Of a DNA stretch of 64,000 bases, positions 12,811-25,862 are shown one piece after another. The DNA comes from Mobula hypostoma (lineage: Eukaryota): NCBI RefSeq assembly GCF_963921235.1, contig NC_086109.1:30010001-30074000 (forward strand), given 5' to 3'. The first letter of the stretch is position 1, and each line of letters starts with the position of its first letter. The translations under genes were made by a program, and so were the position numbers. Below the pieces are notes generated by a model that did no database searches, had not been told where the DNA came from, and saw nothing but the letters and a program-made list of their open reading frames with translations.

Positions 12811-13686
12811 CAGGTTGACCACAGATTTTCTGCACCCTCGGTTCCTGAGCCTTGCCGGATTAACGTTTTTGCCGGATTAAAAGAGGTCATGCAATAATAA
12901 TGGCAAAAATGGAGTGCAGAAGCCTAAAGAGTATTATTAATTAAACAAAAAAATTAAATGTAAATATAATAGTTGCTGTGCTTACAAAGAATGTTGCTTC
13001 TTGGTTACCTTTTTAAACATTTCATCCAGGCAAAGTTGTTTCAAGTGTTTTGATCTCTCCTTGTGTAATTTTTCTTGCATCAAATAAAAATTCATTAGCA
13101 CTTGTTCTGTCCCAAAGGTACATTTCTCAACCCCTTTGATTAAGTCACCCAACAACTCAATTAACTTATCAACAGTAAATCCTTCAGTTTCATCCATTTC
13201 AGCATCTTCACTGTCATGTTCATCACTTGCAGTATTTTTATCAGCATTCAGAACACTATCTATGGCTTCAGTCTGTGAAGTGATGCACAACAGGTGTTTT
13301 GTTGTCGACAGTCATCCACTCATGTAGATTCAGCTTACACACGGAAACACCGTCGTCCCAGTTTTTCAACATTTCAACCTTCTCTTGGATCAATATGGAC
13401 TGATGTTTATGTTCAGCACCACCACTGGTACTTGCACTTATCTTCAAAGCCATAGCTATGGTTAAATTTATGTAAAATAAGCAAAAATGAGCAGAAAATA
13501 TTGGGAGTACCACCAACAAGTGCAATGTAAATAATAAAAATGGTGTGTTTTTGTCAAAATGAGTTCCACCATGGATGACGCTATGTGTGTCGTACACAGT
13601 GCCATCTGGTGGCCACCCAGTAAACAAAATTTCTCCCGAATTGAGGTGCTGAACCATCACTTTCCAGAAAATTGGTGGTCAGCCTA
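12811..13686 (-). mobile_element. Internally deleted Tigger/pogo transposon
   Basis: TIRs caggttgaccacagattttc / gaaaattggtggtcagccta. Minus-strand peptides HKHQSILIQEKVEMLKNWDDGVSVCKL (CENP-B-type HTH) and an acidic C-terminus ending KQLCLDEMFKK; no DDE core. Confidence 0.8.
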
Positions 13687-13694
13687 TATATGTG

Positions 13695-14800
13695 CATACC
13701 CTCAGAGGCATTTCAGAATGGATAATACCTCCACCATCAACACTACCCTCAACAGCATCTCTTCCACTTCACACTCATCTGCTTTTCCTCCATCCTCCTG
13801 CCACCCTACCAGGTGTAGAGTTCCTCTTGTCCTCACCTACCACCCCACCAGCCTCCCTGTCCAGCACCTAATTCTCCGAAACTTATGCCATCTCCAGCAG
13901 GATCCCACCACCAAGCAGATTTCTCCCCCCCCCCCCCGCAGCTCTTTGCTTTCAGCAGTGATTGCTCCTTACACAACTCCCTTGTCCATTCGTCCCTCCC
14001 CACTGATCTCCCTGCTGGCACTTATCCTTGCAAGCGGAACAAGTGCTACACCTGTCCTTACACTTCCTCCTTCACTACCGTTGAGTGCCAGAAACAGTCC
14101 TTCCAGGTGCAGCGAAACTTCACCTGTGAGTCTCTTGGGGTCATATGCTGTGTCCGGTGCTCCTGGTGTGGTCTCCTGACGTAGATTGACAGACCACTTT
14201 GCCGAGCACCTACACTCTGCCAGAAAAAGTGGGATCTCCCAGTGGCCACCCATGTTAATTCCACTTCCCATTCCCATTCTCATTCTGATATGTCTGTTCA
14301 TGACTTGCTCCACTGTCATGATGTGGCCACACTTGGGTTAGAGAAACAATACCTTGTATTCCATTTGGGCAGCCTCCAACCTGATGGCATGAACATTGAT
14401 TTCTCAAACTTCTGATAATGCCCCCACCCTCCCCTCTCCTTCACCATTTTTCATCCCCTTTTCCCTCCCTCACTTTATCTCCTTGCTCATCCATCACCTC
14501 CCTCTGGTTGTCCTTCTCCCTTTTCTTTCTTCCATGGCCTTCTGTCTCTTTCACCAATTTAGTTCCCAGCTCTTTACTTCACCCCTTCCCCTTCAGGTTT
14601 CATCCTTTACCTTGTGTTTCTCTCTCTCTCCTTCCCTCACCTTATAAATCTGCTCAGCTTTTTTTCTCCAGTCCTGCAGAAGGATTTCAGCCTGAAACGC
14701 CGACTGTACTCTTTTCCTAGATGCTGCCTGGCCTGCTAAGTTCCACCAGCATTTTGTGTGTGGTGCTTGGATTTCCAGCATCTGCAGAATTTCTTGTTTG
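13695..14800 (+). mobile_element. Penelope-like element 3' part: Cys-rich linker, GIY-YIG endonuclease remnant, terminal repeat
   Basis: RVPLVLTYHP and GTYPCKRNKCYTCP...FTCESLGVICCVRCSWCGLL. Ends in the terminal repeat with a decayed hammerhead at 14669-14706. Confidence 0.85.
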
Positions 14801-14963
14801 TGATTGGATAAGAATGCTTCATGGAGTATTTTCTGTGTTACTAATCTTATTGGATCTGACCTCACAGTCAACCTCATTTTGACCTTGCACCTGATTGTCC
14901 ACCTGCACTGCACTTTCTCTGTGCACTTCATTATGCATTTTGGTATCATTTTACCTTCCACTA

Positions 14964-15380
14964 CAGTACTGTGCGAAAGTCTTGGGCACATAAATATGGC
15001 GAGGAAGCCTAAGACTTATGCATAGTGGTGTAGTAATTCTATGTATCGCACTGTACTGCTGACACAAAAAAAATCATGGCGTAAGTGACAAACCTGATTC
15101 TGATCTGGGTCTCTGTTGTGGACTGAGAGTGGGAAGGAGGCAGGGAGAAAGGGCATCATGGTTGGAAGAGAGGAGGAAGCATGAAGCATGAAGCATCAGA
15201 GACATTTCGTAATGATCAACAAACCAATTGTTTGGAATCAAATTACCTTGCTTGGGGTCTCAAGGCTTGGTGTACTAACATCCTTTGCTCTCACCAGATT
15301 TACAAACTTGTTGTCTGCTGCACCTTGACAAATAATGGCACTGGCTATATATATCTGCCTAAAACTTTTACACTACACTG
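14964..15380. mobile_element. Tc1-type composite MITE (TIR pair 14964-15030, further degenerate TIR at ~15357-15380)
   Basis: TA-cagtactgtgcgaaagtcttgggc ... gcctaagacttatgcatagtggtg-TA; third copy gcctaaaacttttacactacactg. Confidence 0.6.
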
Positions 15381-15612
15381 TTCCTCAATGTACTGTGTAA
15401 TGAATAATCTGTATGAACAAGATGGGTTTTTCACTGTTCATTGGTACATGTGACAATAAGCCAATTCCAATTTGCTGTGGCAATGTAAATATTTTTCATT
15501 GGAAATCTATGAACTAAGAGGAACAGGAACCTTTTTATTTTATTGTGACTAAAATTATTTAATTCATTAAGTTTTAGGGGAGATAATAACTCTGACCTTA
15601 TTTTTATTCCAG

Positions 15613-15792
15613 GTGTCTCTTTAGGCAGAGTAACACTCCAGAAACAGCAGTCACTCCCTTCGCGGCCTCTTATTCCATTAGTTGCAAGAATTTCAGATCA
15701 GAATGCATCAGGAGCACCACAAATGACCATAAGAGAAAAATCTCGCCATGAGAAATTCAAGCAGCTTTTAAGTAGTGCACATACTGATTTGG
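15613..15792 (+). CDS. TBC1D22B: Internal coding exon (180 bp, phase 1-1) of TBC1 domain family member 22B (Rab-GAP)
   Basis: Acceptor tttttattccag and donor gtaagt. Translates as VSLGRVTLQKQQSLPSRPLIPLVARISDQNASGAPQMTIREKSRHEKFKQLLSSAHTDL, matching recalled vertebrate TBC1D22B (KQQSLPLRPIIPLVARISDQNASGAPPMTVREKTRLEKFRQLLSSQNTDL). Confidence 0.95.
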
Positions 15793-16860
15793 GTAAGTTT
15801 ACAAAGAATCGGGACCCATTACATTGCATTTTGTGAATCTTGTGTCTTGAACTAGCCTATATAAAACATTGCAATTTTTTCCTGTATGCTTCAGCAACAG
15901 ATTTTTAATTTCATCACTTTATCTCCCAGGTTTACTGCTATTTCTCTTTGCGTCTCATAGCTCTTTTGTCTCTCTTTCTTGCTTGCTCTTACTCCCTACC
16001 CCCAACATACAGTATATACTTATGTTAAATCTCAGCATGTTTTATTTAAAACTTAACTTTCCAAAACTCTTCATATCATTTATGCAGATAGGTCTAAAAC
16101 ACTTCTGTCTACTTTGAGTTTGAGATTTGTAATATTTTTCCCAGAAGTCCCCATTGCCCGTAAGGCTGAGGAGTATACCTCCAAAAGAAAGTAAGTTTGC
16201 TGAAATTACCATAGTATAATGCAAAACACTGATACAATCCATTACAGATGATTTGTTTGCGTTGCATTGGTTAGTCGAGCAGTAAATATTGAAGTGGCTT
16301 AGTGTTGGATTTGAGTCATGATGTTCTTAATTTTCTTGTGAGTCTTTTCAAGCTGATTAAAGGTTAAGTGAAGCCTGACACATTGTATTCACATCAAGCT
16401 GATTAGGTACTTGTTATTCTTCATGCTGGAGCTTTTCTGTTCACTTCCAAGGGGCTGGAAAATTCTTCCTATCCATCATTAATTGTCTTGCTGAACTAAT
16501 GGAGCAGTCATAAATAAACATGTATACTTGATCAGATGGCTCTGACGCTTACCCTTGGTCTTGCAAAGATGGTCTTGATATGCCTTGTTTGGGCACCTCT
16601 CCAAATAAGACTTTAAAGATATGGAATTTATTCAATAAAATGTCTTGTCTGTCTTAAGGGTATTAGGACGAAGGTCGTCTTTTCCTCATCTCCAATCTGG
16701 CAAGCATGATGTGTTTATCTCCCAGAAGAAGGTCATGAAATTGCGGAGCATGGAAATAGGCCCTTTGGCCTAACTGGTCAATGGCAACCAAGATTTCCAT
16801 TTAAACAAGTCCTACTTGTTCATGTTTGCCTCAGTATCTCTTTAAATCTTTCCTACCTAC

Positions 16861-18285
16861 ATCCTGGAGGACTGGAAGATAGCAAATGTCACTACACTCC
16901 TTAAGAAGGGAGGAAGACAAAAGAAAGGAAATTGTAGGCCAGTTAACCTAACCTCAGAGGCTGGGAAAGTGTTGGAGTCTTATTAAGAATGAGGTTTTGG
17001 GGTACTTGGAGGATAATGATAAAACAAGTCAAAGTCAGCATAGTTTTTGTGAAGGAAAATCTTGCCTGACAAATCTGTTAGAGTTCATCGAGGAATTAAC
17101 AAACAGGGTGGACAAAGGAGAGGCAGTGGGTGTCAGTTACTTGGATTTTCAGAAGGCATTTGATAAGGTGTCACACATGAGGCTGTGTAACAAGATGAAA
17201 TCCTGTGGCATTACAGGAAAGATACTGGCATGGATAGAGGAATGGCTGACAGGCAGGAGGCAGTGAGAGGGGATAAAGGCGGCCTTTTCTGGTTGGCTGC
17301 CAGTGACTATTGGTGTTCCTCAGGGGTCAATATTGAAACTGCTGCTTTTCACATTGTTTCAGTTATTTAGATAATGGAATTGATGTCTTTGTGGCAGAAT
17401 TTGTGGATGATACGAAGATAGGTGGAGGGGTAGGTAGTGCTGAGGAAGTGACGTGATTGCAGCAGGACTTGGGCAAATTGGAAGAATGGGTAAAAAAGTG
17501 GCAGATGGAATACAGAGTTGGGAAATGTATGATGTTTCGTTTTGTTATAAAGAACAGTTGCGTGGACTGTTATCTAACTGGCGAGAAGGTTCAAGCATCA
17601 GAGATGCAGAGGGACTTGGGAATCCTCGTGCAATATTTATAGGTTGAGTATATGGTAAAGAAGGCAAATGCAATGTTCGCATTTATTTCAAGGGGAATAG
17701 AATATAAAAACCAGGAGTTAATGCTGAAGCTTTATAAGATGCTAGTCAGGCTGCACTTGGAGTATTGTCAACAGTTTTGGGCCCCATATCTCAAAAGATG
17801 TGTTGTCATTGGAGAGAGTCTAGAGGAGGTTCACGAGGATGATTTTGGGAATGAAGGGGTTAACATTTGAGAAGTGTTTGGCAGCTTTGGGCCTGTACTC
17901 ACTGGAATTTAGAAGATGCTTGGGGATCTCATTGAAACCTACCAAGCATTGAAAGGAAAAGGACTAGATAGGGTGGATGGGGAGAAGATATTTCCTATGG
18001 TGGAGCTATTCAGTATAGCCTCAAAATTAAGGTAAGGAAGATTTTTTTTTTAACCAGAGAGTAGTGAATCCGTGGAATGCTCTGCCACAGACTGCAGTGG
18101 AGGCCAGGTTTGTGGGTATATTTATAATGAAAGTTGATAGATTCCTGATCGGCCAGGGTGCCAAAGGATATGGCAAGCAGGCTAGTGTATGGGTTGAGTG
18201 TGATCTGGGATCAGCCATGACGCAATGGCGAAGCAGATTTGATGGGCTCAATGGCATAATTCTGCTCCACTGTCTTATGGTCTTA
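16861..18285 (+). mobile_element. Decayed 5'-truncated CR1 RT inserted in a minus-strand CR1 3' end (~16725-16860, 18286-18590)
   Basis: ORF 16997-17266 [10 protein letters not shown]...YLDFQKAFDKV; tail tcttatggtctta. Confidence 0.85.
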
Positions 18286-20061
18286 AACCTGCTCAGGTGA
18301 CTATTAATGTATCTATCTCAGCCACTTCCTTGAGCAGCTCATTCCATATACTGACCAATCAATGGATGAAAGGGTTGTCTCTCAGGTTACTATTCAATCT
18401 CTCTCCTCTCACCTTATACCTTTGCTCCCTGGTTCGTGGGAAAAAGATTGTGCATTGATCCTGACTACACCCCTCATGATTTTATAAACCTCTGAGATCA
18501 CCTCTCATTTTCCTATGCTCCTATGAATAAAATTCCAACCTGACCAACCTCTCACCATAATTTAGTCCCTCAAGTCTTGGCACCAAAATATTTCTCAGTA
18601 GCTAGAATGTGAGGTTAAATAAACTTTTGCTTGGGAGTATTGCTTAGTGTAGCACAGCTGTTGCACTTCAACTCTTATTAGCTTCATGTTTCAATTACTT
18701 GAATCTAATCACTCACAAAAGGATGACTGAATGCAGACTTGTCAGGAATGACTTGCTTTTGTGAGAATTGTGACAAAGATTGATGACTGCAGAAAATATC
18801 AGGAAACTGGATTCTTGGTTGCTCTTGAAATGATTTTGATTCTGCCACCTACTTTGGATTTTTCTCAGGGCACAAAACATTTCAACTTAGATTGCTCATG
18901 CTGTTGCAGTTGCAGCTGTAAATAACCTTTCTGCAGATCAAGCCTGTAGATAAACTATAATTCTGGATTGTGACACACGATGGTGCTAGCACGCTGATGA
19001 ACCACAATTGAGACTTATTTGAAATTGTCTTAGTAAGGATATGTTTTTGGTTTCAATAATATAACAAATTTGAGCTGTTTGTCCATGTAGAGTAATACTT
19101 ATTGAATAAGCAATTATAAGGCACCATTTGTATATTTTCGTTCCCTGTCTGTAAATCAGGAATGAAGCATCCTTGAAATGTAAAACTCTCTACATGACTG
19201 AATTTCTTTCTGACCGTTCAGAAGATGTAAGCATGGGAAAGCAGGATCTTGCCATCTCCATGTCAAATGTAGTGTTGGTTCATGTTGAATTGAAACCAGT
19301 AAGATGTTAACTGAAGCAGGTAGTGTTTTACACTTCTAGTAAAGAAAGATTTCTATGCACCAAATGGTTTTGAATATTTTATGCCCATGACTGCTACTTG
19401 ACTTGAGCAGTCCCTGATATCAGTAGTTATTGTGAATATAATTTATAATAACCCTTCCATAGATAGTGAGATGAAATACACTGAATAGATTATTATTTAT
19501 CCAGTAGAATAATACTCGTGATCTTTCATAAATTAAATAAAATCTTTTGGTGTGCTCTCATTTGCTGCAATAGTATTTAATCATTACAAGTGCCAATTTA
19601 TTTCAGTGAATTACCATATTCTGCAGACCTTTATTAGAGGAGAGTTAACTTTGGGCTTGTAAATCTTCCAATTATTCACTTGCTGTTTTGCAAACATGTA
19701 CTCTTTCCTTGTATTCAACTAATTATTTATTTCACTAATGTTCAAAATTTAACTCCTGTCATTTAAAAAAATTAGCTAGCATATTAGCATTAATTTACGA
19801 ACCCTTTATTTCTTGTCCGTTATGCAAAGAAAACCAAAATGGCAAATGCTCGAAATACCTAAGGGATTGACCTGAAACAAAAATTTTCTATCACCATAAA
19901 TGATCCTTAACTTGCTAAGAATTTAACACTTTTTCTTTCATGCTTCCAGTTTTTCTAGTGTTGTTTTTGAATTGTAAAACGGTACCTGAATATAAAAAAT
20001 GATGCCTTACATGCAAGAATAAACTAATTTTATATTGATGCTTTGTTTTTCATTTCATGTA

Positions 20062-20656
20062 TGAGGGGTGATTGATAAGTTCGTGGCCTAAGGTAGGAGG
20101 AGTCAATTTTAGAAAACCTAACACATTTATTTTTCAACATAGTCCCCTCCTACATTTACACTTAGTCCAGCGGTTGTGGAGCATAGGGATCTTGGACCTC
20201 CAGAAAGTGTCCACATCAGGGTTAATTGATAAGTTCGTGGCCTAAGGTAGAAGGAGATGAGTTATACAGCTCTCGTTACATGCACATGCAGGTCAACTCT
20301 TTGATTATGCAGAAAGTTTGAAGTTAATAACTCATTAGGGGTGATTGATAAGTTCATGGCCTAAGGTAGAAGGAGATGAGTTATTAACTTCAAACTTTCT
20401 GCATAATCACTCAGACTTGACCTGCATGTGCATGTAACGAGAGCTGTATAACTCATCTCCTTCTACCTTAGGGCACGAACTTATCAATCACCCCTGCTGT
20501 GGACACTTTTTTGGAGGGGTTCAAGATCCGTATGCTCCACGACTGCTGGATTAAGTGTGTAAATGTAGGAGGGGACTATGTTGAAAAATAAATGTGCTAG
20601 GTTTTCTAAAATTGACTCCGTCTACCTTAGGCCATGAACTTATCAATCACCCCTCG
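20062..20656. mobile_element. Mariner-type fold-back MITE (595-bp near-perfect palindrome)
   Basis: TA-(t/c)gaggggtgattgataagttc...gaacttatcaatcacccctcg-TA; arms complementary over ~270 bp. Confidence 0.85.
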
Positions 20657-22399
20657 TAGTGGGCTCAGACATGCAACTTCAAACCTAATTCACATTTAAA
20701 GAAACTGCTCTTTTCTCAGCATCCTTTTAACTCAGTGTTTCTAGGTGTTGGTGAGTGATGAAGGGAAGGAAAAATAATAATGTATACGGAGAGGTTTCTG
20801 ACAAAGGCTGAATGTTTGTTGGGCTGAAACCTGAAGAGTTGAATGATTATCTCTTGGCTGCTTCCCATCCTAAGCATCATAGAAATCAGTTATCACCCAA
20901 TCCAAGTTCAACTACGTGAATGAAATAAAGGCTAAGAGCACTTGGATACTGCCAACATTTTAAGATCAGGCAGCAAAGCTGTAGTAACAAATATTTGCAT
21001 TCGGGATGAAGTCTCACCACCTGCTTTTTCAGTGGAGTGAAATGCTTTTGTCACGTGCTGATCCCAAATCCAGGAACGTTTGTCTCCCATGCAGTTCCTA
21101 AACACATGAGGTCTGTGTACTATGTGGACTAAATAGCTCAATTGCACAGATGATTTGAGAATTGCTGCTCTTGACATCAAGGTATCAGTTGATTGTGTAC
21201 AGTATTATTGGGTCTTGGTGCTAATGATATCAATCATTAGCAAGGGAGAAACACACTGAACTTGAATTAAGGCCATGCATAAAGATGTATAGTTGTGGTT
21301 GTTGGCAGTCAGTTATTTTAACCCAACAATATTGTTGCAGGAGTTATTCAGGACATTGTCACATCCCCTTCTCTTTTCAGTTGCTTCATTAGGTACATGT
21401 GTTCCATCATTAGATCAGAAGTGGAATGTTTGATGATTGCAAAATGTTGAATTCCATTTTCAATTCTTGAATGAGTGGAGCATGTTAATTCAGTAAATAG
21501 CAAGTTGTATTCATGCTACGGCAGTGCCAGACAATGAGCATATCAAGTAACAGTTTAGCCATGTATATTTGATATTCAGTCACCTTACTGTCACAGCTGG
21601 GATGGAAGGTGGTGAAGAATTTGCCTAGTCATACACCTGGACTAGCCACACAAATGCTTTGTGCACTAGTCAGAGGCAGCATCTGGGTATCCAGTGATGT
21701 TTGACACAGCAGAATCCTCCTTCACTGCGGAAGACACTAACAGAATGCCAGAAACGTGAGAGTATCAGGTGGCAGAAGTGAGTGTCGTTGCTATTACTAA
21801 GGAGAAGGTGCTTTGGAGCTGAAAGGTCTGACGATAGATGAGTCACGTGGACCATGGACTACACCCTAGGTTTCTGAAAGAGGTAGCTGAAGAGATTGAG
21901 GAGGCATTAGTAATGACCTTTCAAGAATCACCAGATTCTGCAATGGTTCCAGAGGACCAGAAAATTACAACTGTCACTCCACGCTTTAAGGAGGGAGGGC
22001 ACCCGAAGAAAGGAAATCATAGGCCAGTTAGCCTGATTTTAGTGGTTGGAAAAATGTTGGAGTCTGTTCATTAAGAATGAGGTTTTGGGGTATTTAGAAG
22101 CACATCATCAAATAGGCCAAAGTCAGCATTGTTTCCTAATAGGGAAATCTTGCCTGACAAATCTGTTGGAATTCTTTGAGGAAGTAACAAGCAGGATAGA
22201 CAAAGGAGGGTCTGCGGGTATTTATTTGGATTTTCAGAAGGCCTTTGACAAGGTGCTGCATGAGACTACTTAAATAAGGGCCTACTGTATTACTAGAATC
22301 GATGGAGGATTGGCCAACTGAAAGTTTTCAGAGGTCCAGGTTCAATGTCCGGGAAGCCATCTCATGGATGAAGTAGCAATTCCTAGACCAAACTTAAAT

Positions 22400-25300
22400 C
22401 AATGATGGTGCAAGGTACATATATTATCTAAGTACGTATGTAGTATACAACTCTGAGATTTAACTCCTCCTGACAGCCACGAAACAAAGAAAACTACGGA
22501 TGCTGTTCAAAGAAAAACATCATCCTTAACCACGTGCTTCATAAAAAAAAATGCAAATGGAACATGAACATCATTACCCCATGCACAAAGAAACAAATCA
22601 TGCAGATATTAACAAGAACATCAAATCCCACACCTCCCTCTCATTTGAAAAAAAAATGAACAGATCATACAAACAGCAACAAGAAAGAACATGTGACAAC
22701 ACAGAACTGAAAGAGTCCAAGATATCTAAAAAATTGATGTGCTTGTATAGATGTGTCGTGGAGAGTAGATTGACCGGCTGCATCACAGCCTGCCATGGAA
22801 ACACTAATGTCCTTGAATGAAAAATCCTACAAAAGGCAGTGGTATTTCCCACTCCACCATGGTAAAGCCCTCCCAACCACTGAGCACATCTATATGAAAT
22901 GCTATTGCAGGAAAGCAGCATAGACCATAAGACATAGAAGCAGAATTAGGCCATCTGGCCCATTGAGTCTGCTCTGCCATTCAATCATGGCTGATCCTTT
23001 TTTTTCTCCTCCTCAACTCCAGTTCTCAGCCTTCTCCCCATAACCTTTGATGCCATGTCTAATCAAGAACCTAGCAATCTCTGCCTTAAATATACCCAAT
23101 GACCTGGCTTCCAGCATTGCATGTGGCAACAAATTCCACAAATTCACCACCCTTTGGCTAAAGAAACTTTACTCCGTATCTTTGTTGTGAAAGGATGTCC
23201 TTCTATCCTGAGGCTGTATCCTCTTGTCCTACACTCTAATACCATGGGAAACATCCTTTCCACATCTACTCTGTCTAGGCATTTCAACATTCAAAAAGTT
23301 TCAATGAGATCTCCCCCTCATCCTTCTGAATTCCAGCCAGTGCAGACCCAGATCCATCAAACCTTGCAGTACTGGAATGATCCTTGTGAACCTCCTCTGG
23401 ACCCTCTCCAATGCCAGCACATCTTTTCTAAGATGAGGAGCCCAAAAAGGGTACAGAGGAGATTTACCAGGATGCTGCCTGGTTTAGAGAGTATGGAATA
23501 TGATCAGAGATTAAGGGAGCTAGGGCTTTACTCTTTGGAGAGAAGGAGGATGAGAGGAGACATGATAGAGGTATACAAGATATTAAGAGCAATAGAGAGA
23601 GTGGATATCCAGCGCCTCTTCCCCAGGGCACCACTGCTCAATACAAGGGGACATGGCTTTAAGGTGAGGGGTGGGAAGTTCAAGGGGGATATTAGAGGAA
23701 GGTTTTTTACTCAGAGAGTGGTTGGTGTGTGGAATACCCTGCCTGAGTCAGTGGTGGAGGCAGATACACTAGTGAGACCTCTAGACAGATATATGGAGGA
23801 ATTTTAGGTGGGGGGTTATATGGGAGGCAGGGTTTGAGGGTCAGCACAACAATATGGGCTAAAGGGCCTGTACTGTGCTGTACTATTCTATGTTCTATGT
23901 AAAACTGTACACAATGCTCAAGGTGAGGCCTCTCCAGTGCCTTATAAAGCCTCAGCATCACATCCTTGCTCGAGTATTCTAGACGTCTTGAAATGAATGT
24001 TAACATGATATTTGCCTTCCTTACCACCCACTCAACCTGCAAGTTAACCTTTGGGATGTTCTGCACAAGGACATCCAAGTCCCTTTTGCATCTCAGATTT
24101 TTAGATTTTCTCCCCGTTTAGAAAATAGTCCACATATTTATCTCTACTCCAAAGTTCATGACCATGCATTTTCCAACATTGTATTTCATTTGCCACTTTC
24201 TTGCCCATTCTCCTAGTCTGTCTAAGTCTTTCTGCATCCTACCTGTTTCCTCAAAACTACCTGTCCCTCTACCAACCTTCGTATCATCTGCAAACTATTC
24301 CATCATCTAAATCATTTATATACAGCATCAAAAGAAGTGGTCCCAACACCGACCCCTGCGGAATACCACTAGTCACTGGCAGCCAACTGGAATAGGATCC
24401 TTTTATTCCCACTCACTGCCTCCTACCAAACAGCCAATGTTCTAACTATGTTAGTAACTTTCCTGTAATATCATGAGCTTTTAACTTGGTAAGCGGCCTC
24501 ATGTGTGGCACCTTGTCAAAGGCCTTGTTAAAGTCCAAACATAAAACATCCACCGCATCCCCTTTATCTATACTACTTGTAATCTCAAAGAGTTCCAACA
24601 GGTCGGTCAGGCAGGATTTTCCCTGAAGGAAACCATGCTGACTTTGTACTAACTTGTCCTGTGTCACCAAGTACTCCATCTCCCCATCCTTAACAATTGA
24701 CTCTAACATCTTCCCAACCACTAAGGTCAGGCTAACTGGTCTATAATTTCCTTTCTGCTGCCTTCCTCCTTTCTTAAAGAGTGGAGTGACATTTGCAGTT
24801 TTCCAATCCTCTGGCACCATGCTACAGTTCAATGATTTTTGAAAGATAATTTCTAATGCCACCACAATCTCTAATGCTACCTCTTTCAGCACCCTAGGAT
24901 GCAGTTCATCTAGTCCAGGTGACTTGTGTACCTTTAGGCCTTTCAGCGTTTTGAGCACCTTCTCTCTTGTAACAGTACAGCACTCACTTCTCTTCCTTCA
25001 CACTCTACAATATCAAGCATATTGCTAGTGTCTTCCACAGTGAAGACTGATGCAAAATATTCATTTAGTTGATCAGCCATCTCCTTGTCCCACATGATTA
25101 TTTATCCTGCCTCATTTTCTAGCGATCCTATATCCACTCTCATTTTTCTTTTATTTTTAATATGCTTGAAAAAACTATCTATCATCAGGGACCCCCCCAC
25201 CCTGGACCTGCTCTCTTCTCATTGCTGCCATCAAGAAGAAGCTGTAAGAGCTCCAGAACTCGCACCACCAGGTTCAGGAACAGTTACTACCAGCAAGCTC

Positions 25301-25611
25301 TTCAACCAAAGGTGATAACTACACTCAACTTCAGCTGCCTCATCATTGTAATGATCTCACAACCAATGGACTCGCATTCAAAAACTCTTCATCTCATGTT
25401 CTTGATACTCATTGCTTATTTATTTGTCATTATAATTCCTTGTATTTGCACAGTTTGTTGTCATCAGTACTCTAGTTAAATGCCCTAGTTGGGTGGTCTG
25501 TTATAGTTATTCTATAAATTTGTTGAATATGCCTCAAGAAAATGAATCTTTGTTGTATATGATAACATATATGTACGTTGATAATAAATTTACTTCGAAC
25601 TTTCAACTTTG
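22400..25611 (+). mobile_element. Rex1/Babar-like LINE 3' end (22725-22920 and 25178-25611, with an inverted tail fragment from ~22400), split by a CR1
   Basis: YRCVVESRLTGCITACHGN, then HPGPALFSLLPSRRSCKSSRTRTTRFRNSYY; (actttga)-type tail. Confidence 0.7.
22921..25175 (-). mobile_element. Minus-strand CR1 RT containing a + strand CR1 3' end at ~23446-23900
   Basis: Minus-strand ORF 24446-24958 KSPGLDELHPRVLKE...QHGF...LDFNKAFDKV; the inner copy reads RVQRRFTRMLPG and ends in a (ttctatg)n tail. Confidence 0.85.
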
Positions 25612-25862
25612 ACTGCTAGAAGGAGTGAGATTAAGGGGAACTTTTCTGGTGGCTGCTGATGACTAGTAACCTGCTGCAGGTGTCAGTGTTGGGTGCACTT
25701 CTTTTCATGTTGTATGTGAATGATTTTGAGAGAATTCATAGCTTTGTGGCCAGGTTTGCAGATGATACAAAGGAGGTGGAAGGGCAGGTAATGTTGAAGA
25801 AGGAGGAGTCTGCAGAAGGCTTAGATTGGGTTAATGTGCAAAGAAGTGGTAGCTGGAGTATC

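Noticed and set aside
13559..14179. 206-aa Ser/Pro-rich ORF
   Set aside because: Chimeric read-through of a Tigger end into frameshifted Penelope sequence.
20062..20656. Repeated ~35-bp motif with spacers, superficially CRISPR-like
   Set aside because: Copies occur in both orientations, spacers are long and mutually complementary, the ends are TA-flanked TIRs, there are no cas genes and the context is eukaryotic.
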